Shown here: positions 38,497 to 48,807 of the stretch, piece by piece | Numbering within the stretch: the stretch's first letter is position 1 | Layout of the letters: the number at the start of each line of letters is the position of its first letter | Source: Terriglobia bacterium | Lineage (GTDB): Bacteria > Acidobacteriota > Terriglobia > 2-12-FULL-54-10 | DNA: 64,000 nucleotides | Assembly (NCBI GenBank): GCA_963666975.2 | Contig: CAXVYR010000004.1 | Coordinates: 2,304,001-2,368,000 of the forward strand | Direction of reading: 5' to 3' | Notes under the pieces: model-generated | What the model saw: only the letters and a program-made list of their open reading frames with translations | What the model was told of the DNA's origin: nothing | Databases searched by the model: none | Program-made: the position numbers and the translations under genes

Positions 38497-40170
38497 CTAC
38501 CAAGCGCGGTCAATTCCCACCACCTCCACGCGGTCCGGCCTTTTGCGAAGATAGACGGTGATCCTCTTTTGGGGGTCCACCACCCCCTGAATGTCGACGG
38601 CGAAGTATTCCCCGTCGGCCGATTCCAAGAGCCGGCTCGGCAGGCGAAAGGATGTTTTGCCGACGATGGACGTCTTTGCTTCCGTGTCAATTGCGGCATT
38701 CCTGTCGAGATCATTGTCGAATCGCGACCACCGGACAACATAGTCCCGCGAAGGAACCAGACGATGCTTGACGGCAAGGTCTTCAAAGACCAACTGTCCC
38801 TCTGTAACGGCAAATCGATCCAGCGGCAGTATTTTGGCGAGGAAAGCTTTTCCGATTTTGTCACGGCGCTCGATCAAACGATCAACAATCCATTCCTCGG
38901 CCTCCGGGTTGCTATATTGTCCCGTCTTCACGATGGCGCGAATCTGCGAGTCGCTGAAAGCCATCACCTGCTTGGCGGCCCAGAAGGCGTCGTCCGGGAG
39001 GCGGTTGACGAACGCCGGATTGGGATATTCGGCCACCCAACCCGCCGCGTCAAACGTCTCCGATTCGAAGCGCCCCACGGAGGGTAGGTCAGGAAACTTA
39101 GCTCGGGCCCATCGGGGCACAACCAGACCAAAGGTAAAGAACTGGATGGCGGCCGGCTTCCAGGCGAACACATACTCATGCCCGGACCTCGGAGTGTTCG
39201 GGCCGTTGCTGGCGCTTCCCAGGGTGGAGCCGAAGTCGATTAGATGATGCTCGACGTAAGAAAGGCCGTTTTCCCTCACCAGCATATCGAGCGTATTAAT
39301 GGACCGGGAATCGTCGTGGCCGAGCCAGGCGCAAAAAACACTGAGGCCGCGCAGGTCCCGCCGGTGCTCGTGAGGAACAATATCGTTGGGATCGTCCTTC
39401 CTCGTGCCGTGATACCGAAAAGGGCCCACGGGCCTGCCGGAAAGAATCAGACTTGCCACCCCCCGGTACTTCCCCTCTTCGTCGTGGGGAACTTTGAGAA
39501 GAATTTCAGTGACGTCCCGCTCCTCCATCTCCCGTTCATCGCCCACCGGGTCACGAAGCAGCACATCGTCGTCCAGCACGAGTTGCTCCCGGTTGAAAAA
39601 CACCAGGTAGTTCTCCGGCACATGGTATCCCAAGGCGTAGAAAAACTTCGACGAGATCACGTCGGCTGCCGTGGCGATTTCCGGATAATTTAGAGGGTCG
39701 AACTTCAGAATGTAGATGCGGCCTTGGGAATCGAGGATCGTAAAGCCCGGGGTAATTCCTTCCGCCTTGGCGGCAACCACCCGCCAGGGCCCCTCCAAGG
39801 ACGGCGCATTCTCATCGCCGGGACCCCGAACCAGCTCTTCCGTCGTCATCGGGTTCTGGTAATGACGGTTCGTGTACCAACTGCTGTCGGGCGCCTCTCC
39901 CAGGGTGTTGACCGCCTGTGCCGGAATCAGCTTGGTTTTTGTATGCCGTTCTCCGGGTTGGGACAACGTGTTGTAAAAAAAATCGTAGTAGTCGCTCAGC
40001 TTGCGGCTCAACACATTTTCCACGTTCATCGGGGGCGGCACTTTTGTGATGGGATCGTCCTCATAAAACTTTTGCGCGCTGAGGTTCAGTGGCAGCAGCA
40101 GCAAAAGAAGTGTGATTCTCAGGAACTGGCCGCTGAGAAGCGATTGCGAAGTCATGCGGTGTCCATTCAT
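38497..40170 (-). CDS. Exported hypothetical protein with atypical protein-kinase-like motifs
   Basis: Signal peptide (LLLLLLPLNLSA); KAEGITPG, YILKFD, LGYHVP, HDDSRSIN, LIDFGS. Confidence 0.6.
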   Translation of the reverse strand: MNGHRMTSQSLLSGQFLRITLLLLLLPLNLSAQKFYEDDPITKVPPPMNVENVLSRKLSDYYDFFYNTLSQPGERHTKTKLIPAQAVNTLGEAPDSSWYTNRHYQNPMTTEELVRGPGDENAPSLEGPWRVVAAKAEGITPGFTILDSQGRIYILKFDPLNYPEIATAADVISSKFFYALGYHVPENYLVFFNREQLVLDDDVLLRDPVGDEREMEERDVTEILLKVPHDEEGKYRGVASLILSGRPVGPFRYHGTRKDDPNDIVPHEHRRDLRGLSVFCAWLGHDDSRSINTLDMLVRENGLSYVEHHLIDFGSTLGSASNGPNTPRSGHEYVFAWKPAAIQFFTFGLVVPRWARAKFPDLPSVGRFESETFDAAGWVAEYPNPAFVNRLPDDAFWAAKQVMAFSDSQIRAIVKTGQYSNPEAEEWIVDRLIERRDKIGKAFLAKILPLDRFAVTEGQLVFEDLAVKHRLVPSRDYVVRWSRFDNDLDRNAAIDTEAKTSIVGKTSFRLPSRLLESADGEYFAVDIQGVVDPQKRITVYLRKRPDRVEVVGIDRAW

Positions 40171-40195
40171 TAAGAAATCGACTCTGTGCATAGGC

Positions 40196-41294
40196 CTACC
40201 AAGTGCGATCCATCCCGACGACTTCCACACGATCGGGCTTTTTGCGAAGATAAACCGTTACCGTCTTTTTCGGGTCGCTGCCATGAATCTCAGCGGCGAA
40301 ATAATTGCCAGGCGCTGATTCCAGAAGTTGTTTTGGCAAGCGAAAGGTTGTTTCGTCGGCAATTCGCGTCTTTTGTTCCGTATCGTTGTCGAATCGCGAC
40401 CACTGGACCGCATAGTCCCGCGGGGAGATCAGACGGTGCTTGACGGCAAGGTCCTCAAACTCCAGCAGATCGCTTGTCACCTGAAAGCGATCCAGAGGCA
40501 AGACCTTTTGAAAGTAAGTCCTCCCGATCTTGTCTCTGCGGGCAATGAGGTGGGATGTGAGCCCATCCTCGGCAGCCGGGTCACTGTAGTCGGCCGTTTG
40601 GACAAGGGCCCGAATCTGTCCGTCCGTAAAAGCCATCACCTGCTTGGCGGCCCAGAACGTGTCTCCGGGCAGCCGGTTTTCAAAAGCGGGAATCGGGTAG
40701 TTGGTCTTCCACTTCTCTGGCTCGAAAAGCTGCGATTCGAAGTTGCCCAGCGACGGGAGCTTGGGATAGCGCGCCCTGGCCCAGCGAGGCACATAGAAGC
40801 CGAGGGTGAAAGCTTGCAAGGCGGACGACTTCCAGGCAAATAGATACTCATTGCCCGCCCGAGGACTTTTCGCCGTGAAGCTGTCGCTGCCCAGGCTCGC
40901 GCCAAAATCGAGCAGAAAGTGCTTGACATAACGGATGCCGTTTTCTTCCACCAACGTGTCGAGCGAGTTGAGCGACTTTGCGTCATTATGTCCCAGCCAG
41001 GCAAAGAAAACGAACAGACCTCGCAGGTCGCGGCGATGTTCGTGCGGCACTACATCGTTCGGATCGTCGCGACGGGTGCCGTAGTAGCGGAAAGGTCCCA
41101 GGATCTTGCCGCTCAGATACAGGCTGGCCACCGCACGGTATCCCTTATCAGAGTCGCGCGGCACACGCAGAAGAATTTCCCCGATATCCCGATCGTTCAT
41201 CTTCCGGTGTTTGCCGTCCGCATCCGTGAGGGTGGCATCGGGCGCCACTACGAGCTGTTGCCGCTTGAAATACACGACGTAGTTCTCCGGCATT
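40196..41294 (-). pseudogene. Tandem paralogue of the kinase-like protein, 5'-truncated by IS3
   Basis: High similarity to 38497-40170 (PHEHRRDLRGL, HNDAKSLN, LLDFGAS); starts at PENY right at the IS end. Confidence 0.8.
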
Positions 41295-42816
41295 TGTACG
41301 TCGTCAGATAATGTTGGACACAGAGCATAAAAAGATAAGGTGGCGTTCAGGCTCCTCTGGGTTGATGTTAGGCTGCCCTTCTTTTGAAGTGCAACCGTTT
41401 TCTTAAGATCATAGTTTTCTCTTTGATGCGATCCCGTTTTTGCAGGATGGCACTGCCTTGGCCTGTAAAAACGTCATACGGTGTCAGGTTGTTCAGGCTT
41501 TCATGGTATCGGTTGGTGTTGTAGTGGTTGACGAAGGCATCGATCTGCCGCTCCAGCTCTTCTGGCAGGTAATAGTTGTTGAGCAGGATGCGGTCTTTCA
41601 GAGTTCGGTGCCAGCGTTCGATCTTGCCCTGCGTCATGGGGTGATAGGGCTTGCCGCGAGTATGCGGCACGCTGTTTTCTGCCAGCCATGATTGCAGTTC
41701 GGAAGAGACGTAGCACGGCCCGTTGTCGCTCAGGAGGCGAGGTCTGTGCCGGGCGCCCACGCGGTCGAGGCCGGTGGCTTGCAAAGCATCCCGCAACGTG
41801 GCCGAGACGTCACTTGCGCTCATGGTTTTGCACAGCCGCCAGGCGATGATATAGCGCGAGAAGTCGTCCAGCACCGTGGACAGGTAGAACCAGCCCCAAC
41901 CGATGACTTTCAGGTAGGTGAAGTCGGTCTGCCAGAGCTGGTTGACCGCCGTGGTCGGGTTGGCGAACCGTTCCGCCGCTTTCAGGACAATAAAGGCTGG
42001 CGCGGTAATCAGGTCATGGCTTTTCAGGACGCGGTAAACCGTCGATTCAGAAAGGTAATACCGCCTTTCCTCGGTAAAACGCACCGCCAGCTCGCGTGAC
42101 GACAGATCGGGCTCGGCCAGGGCTAACGTCACCAACTGCTGAGTTATCTCCTCCGGCACCTTGTTCCAGACAGGGCCAGGATCGGGTTTTTTGTCTTCCA
42201 GCCCATCAAAGCCTTCCGACACATAGCGGTCGTACCAGTTGTAAAACGTCGATCTGGGAATGCCAACCTGCTGCAGCGTCCGGCGCACCCCCAGGGCAGA
42301 TTGCTCCACCGTGCAGATGATCTCCAGCTTCTCCGAGGCAGGGTATCTCATGTATGTTCCTCCCCATCCCCGATCACGCATGGTGGTGGCTTTTTTTAGC
42401 AGGCGATTTTCCAGCATAGCCTCGGCCAGGGCCTCTTTCAGCTGTACGGCCTGCTCCCGCAGAGTCTTGACTTCGCCACTGGTTGCCTCACGGTCTATGT
42501 CGCCCGCCAGCCGCTTGCGGCCAGCCTCCAGAAACTCCTTGCTCCAGCGGTAATACTGGTTCTGGTGCAGCCCCTCGCGGCGGCACAGCTCCGCGATGCT
42601 GTCCTCGCCGCGAAGTCCCTGCAATACAATGCGGATTTTGTCTTCCGGGCTGAACCTGCGCCGCGTCCTGCGTTTGATCTCCCGGACGGCCTTCTCGACC
42701 GCCCCCCTGTCGTCTTGTTTTTGTCTCATCTTCGTTCCTTTCAGTCTCTACGATGAGCCAAAAACATCACCTTAACTATTACCCTCTACCTGTCCAACAA
42801 GCCCTGACGGGGCACA
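41295..42816 (-). mobile_element. IS3-family insertion sequence, copy 2 (1522 bp)
   Basis: Same IRs and sequence as 7773-9284 apart from a net +10 nt at the frameshift site. Confidence 0.92.
41368..42729 (-). CDS. In-frame fused OrfAB transposase
   Basis: LLKKATTMRDRGWGGTYMRYP joins OrfA and OrfB without frameshifting. Confidence 0.75.
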   Translation of the reverse strand: MRQKQDDRGAVEKAVREIKRRTRRRFSPEDKIRIVLQGLRGEDSIAELCRREGLHQNQYYRWSKEFLEAGRKRLAGDIDREATSGEVKTLREQAVQLKEALAEAMLENRLLKKATTMRDRGWGGTYMRYPASEKLEIICTVEQSALGVRRTLQQVGIPRSTFYNWYDRYVSEGFDGLEDKKPDPGPVWNKVPEEITQQLVTLALAEPDLSSRELAVRFTEERRYYLSESTVYRVLKSHDLITAPAFIVLKAAERFANPTTAVNQLWQTDFTYLKVIGWGWFYLSTVLDDFSRYIIAWRLCKTMSASDVSATLRDALQATGLDRVGARHRPRLLSDNGPCYVSSELQSWLAENSVPHTRGKPYHPMTQGKIERWHRTLKDRILLNNYYLPEELERQIDAFVNHYNTNRYHESLNNLTPYDVFTGQGSAILQKRDRIKEKTMILRKRLHFKRRAA

Positions 42817-42960
42817 AGCGACTTTTCCACCATCCGGTGGTTGTCCCTTTTTACCGTTGTCGTTGTCGTGGTATGGATTTATGCGGCCCGTTACGCGGGG
42901 CGCCACTTCCATAAAATGACACAGTCGAAGGTTGGTTCCGCAACCAAGGTCACCGTCTGA
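42817..42960 (+). pseudogene. C-terminal remnant of a membrane transporter (possibly Npt/TLC-like)
   Basis: SDFSTIRWLSLFTVVVVVVWIYAARYAGRHFHKM…* starts in frame exactly at the IS end. Confidence 0.45.
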
Positions 42961-43255
42961 CCTATATTGGCCCGTTTGCCGGGAAATCCCGGGTCGGGCG
43001 AAAGTCCTTCAGGCGATTTTGCTGATCTTCCTGCCGGGCGGTTAGCGCCTTTTCTCAATCTTTTGTCCTCCCTGCGTTGTCGCGTTGGCGTCAGGAACTT
43101 GCCAAAGCAGTGGGGTTAAGAATAGCTCGCAACGGGCACGCGGCCGCTTCGAGGCGCAGATGTCGTCCCCGCATTTTGCCCGTTGTCTCAAGCAGTGGGG
43201 GCTTGAACAACCGGCTTTATTCCTATATGACGGTATTGTAGAGGGAGGAGAATCT

Positions 43256-44692
43256 ATGAGGCGCAAGATATATCTGTTCGTCTTCGTCCTGACGCTTGTT
43301 GTCTGCCTTTTGCCTAACCGTGACCTTCTAGGTCAATCTCCGTCAAAGAAAGAACCAGCAAGTGACCTGATGAAGTTGAGCACCTCGCTCCAGGCCTTGT
43401 CGGAACGGGTCAGCCCGGCGGTGGTGCAGATTTTCACGACGGGCTTTGCCCCAGTCCAGGATGTTGTGGGGGCCAGCACAGGGCTGGTTTCCACCCAACG
43501 CAGCAGCGGCTCCGGGGTCCTGGTTGACCCGGATGGGTATATCGTCACCAACGCTCATGTGGTCGAAGGCGCCCGGCGAGTGCAAGTCTTGCTGGCGGTT
43601 TCACCTGATGAGAGAGCCCAGTGGCGCTCCATTCTAAAGCCTCGCGGGAAGATGGTTCCTGCCCATATCGTAGGAATCGATCGAGAGACCGATCTCGCCG
43701 TACTGAAGGTTGAACAAAAGGGGCTGGCGGCGCTCGAACTGGGGAATTCCGACCGGGTACGGCAGGGCCAGTTGGTGCTGGCGTTCGGCAGTCCTCTCGG
43801 GTTGGAGAATTCGGTGAGCTTGGGCGTGGTGAGCTCCGTGGCGCGCCAACTTCGCCCCGAGGATCCGATGATCTATATCCAAACAGATGCCACCATCAAT
43901 CCCGGGAACAGCGGCGGACCCCTGGTGGACACCGAGGGTCGCGTGATTGGGATTAACACATTCATCGTGTCGCAGTCCGGCGGCAGCGAAGGAATTGGCT
44001 TCGCAGCGCCCAGCAATATTGTCCGTAACGTTTTCAGGCAGATCCGAAGGACCGGACGGGTTCGCCGCGGCGAGATAGGGTTGGCGACCCAAAGCGTGAC
44101 GCCGACGCTCGCAGCCGCCTTGGGGCTCACGCAGGACTGGGGTGTGATCGTTCGAGATGTGTTTCCCGGCGGACCGGCCTATGCGGCTGGAGTCGAGATC
44201 GCAGACCTGATCCTGACTTTGGATGGCAAAGTCATGGAGAATGCGCGTCAGTTTGAGGTGAATCTCTACCAGCGTTCCATTGGCGACGCGGTGACCCTGG
44301 AGGTGCTTCGCGGTTCGCAAAAGCTCACGAAGATCGTTACGTTATGGGAGCGCGCCAACGACCCCGACCTTTTTGCGGACATGGTCAGCCGCGAGACAAA
44401 CCTCATTTCAAAGCTTGGTATTCTGGGCGCCGAGCTGGACGACCGGATCATCGAAATGCTCCCGCCGCTGCGGGAATCCTCCGGCATTTTGGTTGCAGCA
44501 CGGGCCGCGCAGGCCCCCTCTCAGGGCGAAGGATTTCTGCCGGGTGACGTGATTCATTCGATCAACGGGGCGCCGATCCGGAACCTCGCCGGACTCAGAG
44601 CCGCAGTGGACGGCCTCCAGATCGGCGACCCGGCAGTTATCCAAATCGAGCGGCAGGGTCAATTCCTGTTCCTTGCCTTCGAGATCGAATAG
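43256..44692 (+). CDS. HtrA/DegP-family serine protease with two PDZ domains
   Basis: TNAHVV, DLAVLK, INPGNSGGPL; signal peptide; RBS GGAGGAG. Confidence 0.93.
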   Translation: MRRKIYLFVFVLTLVVCLLPNRDLLGQSPSKKEPASDLMKLSTSLQALSERVSPAVVQIFTTGFAPVQDVVGASTGLVSTQRSSGSGVLVDPDGYIVTNAHVVEGARRVQVLLAVSPDERAQWRSILKPRGKMVPAHIVGIDRETDLAVLKVEQKGLAALELGNSDRVRQGQLVLAFGSPLGLENSVSLGVVSSVARQLRPEDPMIYIQTDATINPGNSGGPLVDTEGRVIGINTFIVSQSGGSEGIGFAAPSNIVRNVFRQIRRTGRVRRGEIGLATQSVTPTLAAALGLTQDWGVIVRDVFPGGPAYAAGVEIADLILTLDGKVMENARQFEVNLYQRSIGDAVTLEVLRGSQKLTKIVTLWERANDPDLFADMVSRETNLISKLGILGAELDDRIIEMLPPLRESSGILVAARAAQAPSQGEGFLPGDVIHSINGAPIRNLAGLRAAVDGLQIGDPAVIQIERQGQFLFLAFEIE

Positions 44693-44727
44693 GAATCGGA
44701 AGCCGGGAACTCAGCCGGGCTCAGCCC

Positions 44728-47097
44728 TCACTTGAGTCCACTTGGTTGCTGGCTGTCTCCAAACTTCTTCCTCAACTCGGTGAGGTTCAGTTCAATAGAC
44801 TGGTGGGAGCGCATCAGGGTAGCCAGGATTTCTTCGCGGGAGCGCGTCTCTCGCTTTTTCTTGCGGCGGTCTTCCAGGAAGGGCCACAGCCGCTCGCGGA
44901 TCGGCGGGGGCAGGATGCTTTCCAGGTATTCCAGGGCAGTTCCCCGGAGGTGCTCGTCGGTGGTGTGCAATCCCCGGAAGGCGATTTGGAGAGGCTCTTT
45001 GGGCAGAACCAGCGAGAGAATCGTAAAGACGTGTTCCAGGCTCCGATTCGCGCGGTCCCTCAGGAAGTCGTCTATAAAGGGCGAATCCTCCAGACCATCC
45101 TCCGGGTCCAGGAGCCGATGGCTTCCCCAGACCTTCTTGCCGACGGTTACTTCCCGCTTCACGGCCTCGAAGACCGGCTCCGGGTCGATGCGAATTTCCG
45201 GGTTTCTGTCCCGAACCGATGCCAGCGCGCAGCCGCATTGAAAGCGGACCTCAAACCGCTTGTCGGCCAGGCCCAGCAAAAGCCCGTCGGCCACCCGCTG
45301 GGAAGCGGTGACAGAAAGCACCTTCGGGATGCGCCGACGGATGGCGAATTCCTGGCCCGGGTCGAGTAGCGCATCCACCAACTGCCCCGTCATGTGAGGG
45401 GCTGCCCGGCGCAGAGCCAGCAAGGCGTCGTCGGAGACCTCGTCCCACGCGAGCAGGGGAATGACGTGTGAAAACAGGAGCGGGTCGAGAAGTTCCTCCG
45501 CGCGCAGAGCCTTCCGAACACGGTCCGCGTCTGCCGAGCGGAAAGCCGCAATCCGCTCGACAACCGGGTCCTGAGGGGTCGGAGCCGCTTTTCCCTGCTT
45601 CTTCGATGCCATGTCGCGAGATAGGCCGAGGGACGGAACGTCGGATTCTGACTTGTGGATCAAGAGGTCCCTGCGCTGCGTTTTCTCGCTGGGGAGAGGC
45701 TGGGAAGAGGGGAGCGCCGGGAGGTCGCCGCTCAGATGCAGGGCTCCGAGGGTTTGCAAAATCGTGGAGCGGGTGGTGCTGTCCTCTGCCTCGGAAATGT
45801 CCAGTTCGACCTTCCGGTTCAGCAAATTCTTCTCGAGCGAAACGATGTAGCCACGGTTCAAGCGGCTGGCCACCAGGAGACCCAGGAACGCAAGGACAAT
45901 CGACAGGACCAGGATGGCGGAGTGCGCTACGGCCGGTCCGAGCAGCAGCATCAATCGGATGAGGCCGCCGCCGAGAGCGTCTCCCAGGCGGTCAAATCCC
46001 ACATCGACCATAGTTTTGGTTGCGCGCTTTTCCTGGGCGGGGATCGGCGTATAGAGAATTTCGTACCCGGAACGGAAAAGGGAGCTGCGAACCACCGACT
46101 CCGCGCCCCGGGCGATCCCGGCGCTGCCGAGACCCGGCGCAATCAGCGCTCCTACTCCTCCCGCAGCCACGATGAAGGGAAGAGTCCCCACCGTTTTCGC
46201 GAGGCCCAGCTTTTCCAGCGCGCGGCGGCTGAGAGAGGTCTGAATAAAGAAGGTGAGCAGGCTGGCGGCGCTGTAGAAGACGGCAAAGAAGCGCATCAGG
46301 CTCTCCCCGCCCCCAAAGGTTGCGGCGGCTTGAGCCTTGAAGACGTAGTCAATACCGGCGCCGCTCACCGTCGCCAGCAGCACCAGCACGGCCAGGTTGC
46401 GCAGGTAAGGAGCTTCTCTGAGGATATGGAAGACCGACCGGCCGCGTGCAGGAGCGGAGTCGCCGCTCGAATCTTTTTTTTCCGGCGGCTGCCCTGCCGG
46501 CTTCCCCGCCGGAGGGCCAGCCACGTCTTGCAGCGGCCTCAGCCCGCGGACCGCCCAGGCGCAAAACAGATGGAGGGCGGCCATCATGGGAAGCATGGTC
46601 GCGACCGAGAAAGTCGCCCCCACGCGTTCGGCCAGAAGGCCGCCGGCGAGTCCTCCGAGAGTGGCTCCGCCGGCAATCCTTCCGATTCGTTTCTTGGCTG
46701 TCCTGGGATCGAACCGCTCGTTCACCATCGACCAGAACCCCGAGATCAGCACGGCGCCGATACCGGCCATGTGGAGATAGACCACAACCGCGCCTGCTCG
46801 CGGACTTTGGTGCACCAGTCCCCACTCGCCCAGCAGCAACAATCCGCTGACCGCAAAAGCGCGGGGAACCAGTTTGGCCGGGGTGAGCGCGGGCATCGCA
46901 CGGGAGGCTGCGAGCACCACGACAATGGAGAAAAAAGATGCCCCGATCAGCATCAGGGGCAGGGAGGTCACGTCAAAATTGGAAAGGAAAAGAGCGTCGC
47001 GGGTCGCCTTCCCTCCTACCTGGTGGGCGATCATGGCGGCAGCGCTCAGCATGGCGGCGGAGGCAGCCGCATCGGTTTCCGAGCGCCTGGACATCAC
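44728..47097 (-). CDS. Npt1/Npt2 (TLC ATP/ADP translocase)-like MFS protein with C-terminal HEAT-like repeats
   Basis: GKATRDALFL, FWSMVNERFDPRTAKK, EILYTPIP…KRATKTMVDVGFDRLGD; helical C-terminal domain. Confidence 0.7.
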   Translation of the reverse strand: MMSRRSETDAAASAAMLSAAAMIAHQVGGKATRDALFLSNFDVTSLPLMLIGASFFSIVVVLAASRAMPALTPAKLVPRAFAVSGLLLLGEWGLVHQSPRAGAVVVYLHMAGIGAVLISGFWSMVNERFDPRTAKKRIGRIAGGATLGGLAGGLLAERVGATFSVATMLPMMAALHLFCAWAVRGLRPLQDVAGPPAGKPAGQPPEKKDSSGDSAPARGRSVFHILREAPYLRNLAVLVLLATVSGAGIDYVFKAQAAATFGGGESLMRFFAVFYSAASLLTFFIQTSLSRRALEKLGLAKTVGTLPFIVAAGGVGALIAPGLGSAGIARGAESVVRSSLFRSGYEILYTPIPAQEKRATKTMVDVGFDRLGDALGGGLIRLMLLLGPAVAHSAILVLSIVLAFLGLLVASRLNRGYIVSLEKNLLNRKVELDISEAEDSTTRSTILQTLGALHLSGDLPALPSSQPLPSEKTQRRDLLIHKSESDVPSLGLSRDMASKKQGKAAPTPQDPVVERIAAFRSADADRVRKALRAEELLDPLLFSHVIPLLAWDEVSDDALLALRRAAPHMTGQLVDALLDPGQEFAIRRRIPKVLSVTASQRVADGLLLGLADKRFEVRFQCGCALASVRDRNPEIRIDPEPVFEAVKREVTVGKKVWGSHRLLDPEDGLEDSPFIDDFLRDRANRSLEHVFTILSLVLPKEPLQIAFRGLHTTDEHLRGTALEYLESILPPPIRERLWPFLEDRRKKKRETRSREEILATLMRSHQSIELNLTELRKKFGDSQQPSGLK

Positions 47098-47102
47098 TCT
47101 GG

Positions 47103-48807
47103 CTACGTCTCCCTTTCCGTGACCAGATCAGCCTGTGGACGAGCTTCCGGAGACGGCATGTGGGTGCGCCACCAGCGCTCGGCGCGCTCCGGGCTCCAAG
47201 TTTCGGCTATCTCGCAAGCAGCCAGCCGCCGGGAGAGTTCCAGCGCGCTTTGCGGCCGCTTGTCAGGCTCCTTTTCCAGGCAGGAGAGGATGACTTGTTC
47301 CAGGGACGCGGGAATGTCGACCTCAGTACGTTCCGACGGCGGGATGGGAGGGGTTTGGAGGTGTGCCAGCAGCATGGCCATAGGAGTGCTTCCTTCGAAC
47401 ACTAGCTGTCCTGTCAACAGCCAGTAGCCGACGCATCCCAGGGCGTAGATGTCCCAGGCGGCATGTAGGCCGGCGTGCCCGTTGTGGTTCCCTCCACGGT
47501 GAGCCGGGTTTGAGCTTCTTCCGATTGCAGTCCGCGCATCGATCCCCAAGGCCATTTCAGGCGGCATGTAGGCCGGCGTGCCCGTTGTGGTTCCCTCCAC
47601 GGTGAGCCGGGTTTGAGCTTCTTCCGATTGCATGTCATCCTTCACAAAATCAAGCACCTTGATGAAATCATAATCCAGGCCCAAGCGGCACGCGAAAATG
47701 TTCTTGGGGTTGATGTCGCGATGAATCAAGCCGTTGCTGTGTGCCTCGGCCAACGAGTCGCAGGCTTGCTGGAGAAAGTAGATGACCCGCTCGGGCGGCA
47801 GAGGACCGAAACGCTCCACCAGCGCATCCAGATCGAGTCCGTCCAAAAGCTCCATCACGTAGTAGAAGCATCCGTCATCGGCGGTGCCAAAATCGTACAC
47901 CGCAACCGTATGGGGAGAATGGAGCGCGGCGGTAGCCTGCACCTCCCGCTCGAAACGGCGCGCCACAGTGCCCGCCCGTTTATCCTTCATCATACAGATA
48001 TCGGATCGAATCATTTTGAGAGCTGACGTGCGCGCCAGCATGCGATGCTGCGCCCGCCAGACCTCTCCCATGCCGCCGCTCCCGAGCGGGTCGAGCAGTT
48101 ATGTAACTCCCCATCTCCCGCGCCTTGCTGACGTCGCACCCCAGCCGGTAGATGAAGCGAGACAACAGCATCGCCCCCGCGGCAAACCAGAAGTTCGGGA
48201 AGAAAAGACCCAGCCACACGCCGGGCTCCGGAACAGGGCTTTGGTGGAACAAAATCGACACCCACAACCCGACAGGACCCATTGCGGCGGAGCTCAGGGC
48301 CGCCAGATGTGTCTTTCCAAACGTGCCGGGCACGACCAGGACGAAGAACGCGATCCAAACAACAACCGAGGAGATGCCTCGCGCCGGCAGGTCCGGAGAA
48401 AACGGCATTGAGAATTCGACCAAAGCGATCCAGAAAGCACCGACGACTTCAAAGAGGAGGCCGATGTCCAGCATCAAACGGTCCGGCAGCTTCCGGCTCC
48501 ACGCCAGCGCGCAGACAACCGAACCAGTAACAATGGCGCCAATCAGGCCGATGTCGGCAAGAGGAAAAAGCGCCGGAAACAGGTAGTGCTCGGGAATGCC
48601 TTCGGGATGGCCGCTGTAATGGCCAACAAGGCGAAGAGCGATATGGGACGCCACGTAAACAAGCGCGAGCCACCCCAATCGGTTGACCGCCTTTTCCACC
48701 ATATCGGGCGGCAGATCATAGCAATGGATCGTGCTCCGGTTTGACCCGGTTGGCTGCGGGGTTTCCGCCCGTGTGACCTGCGCGGGTTGGTTTTCTGGCT
48801 GCTGCAT
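47103..48807 (-). pseudogene. Membrane Ser/Thr (Hanks-type) protein kinase with several lesions
   Basis: GGMGEV, ALK, HRDIN, GTPAYM; frameshift near 48080-48100, DFG reduced to DFV, internal 75-bp duplication. Confidence 0.75.

Noticed and set aside
42379-42390. Kozak-like GCCACCACCATG in IS3 copy 2 as a sign of engineering or eukaryotic origin
   Set aside because: A short chance match with no vector features; covered as the in-frame fusion finding
7773-42816. Composite transposon formed by the two IS3 copies
   Set aside because: Outer flanks share no target duplication and the enclosed DNA holds core genes (prfA, prmC, cca, iscS)
45655-47427. 590-aa plus-strand ORF, and similar long shadow ORFs such as 9837-11075 upstream of 10836, 3929-4363 and 38487-38864
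   Set aside because: Antisense or alternate-frame shadows of well-supported genes in GC-rich DNA
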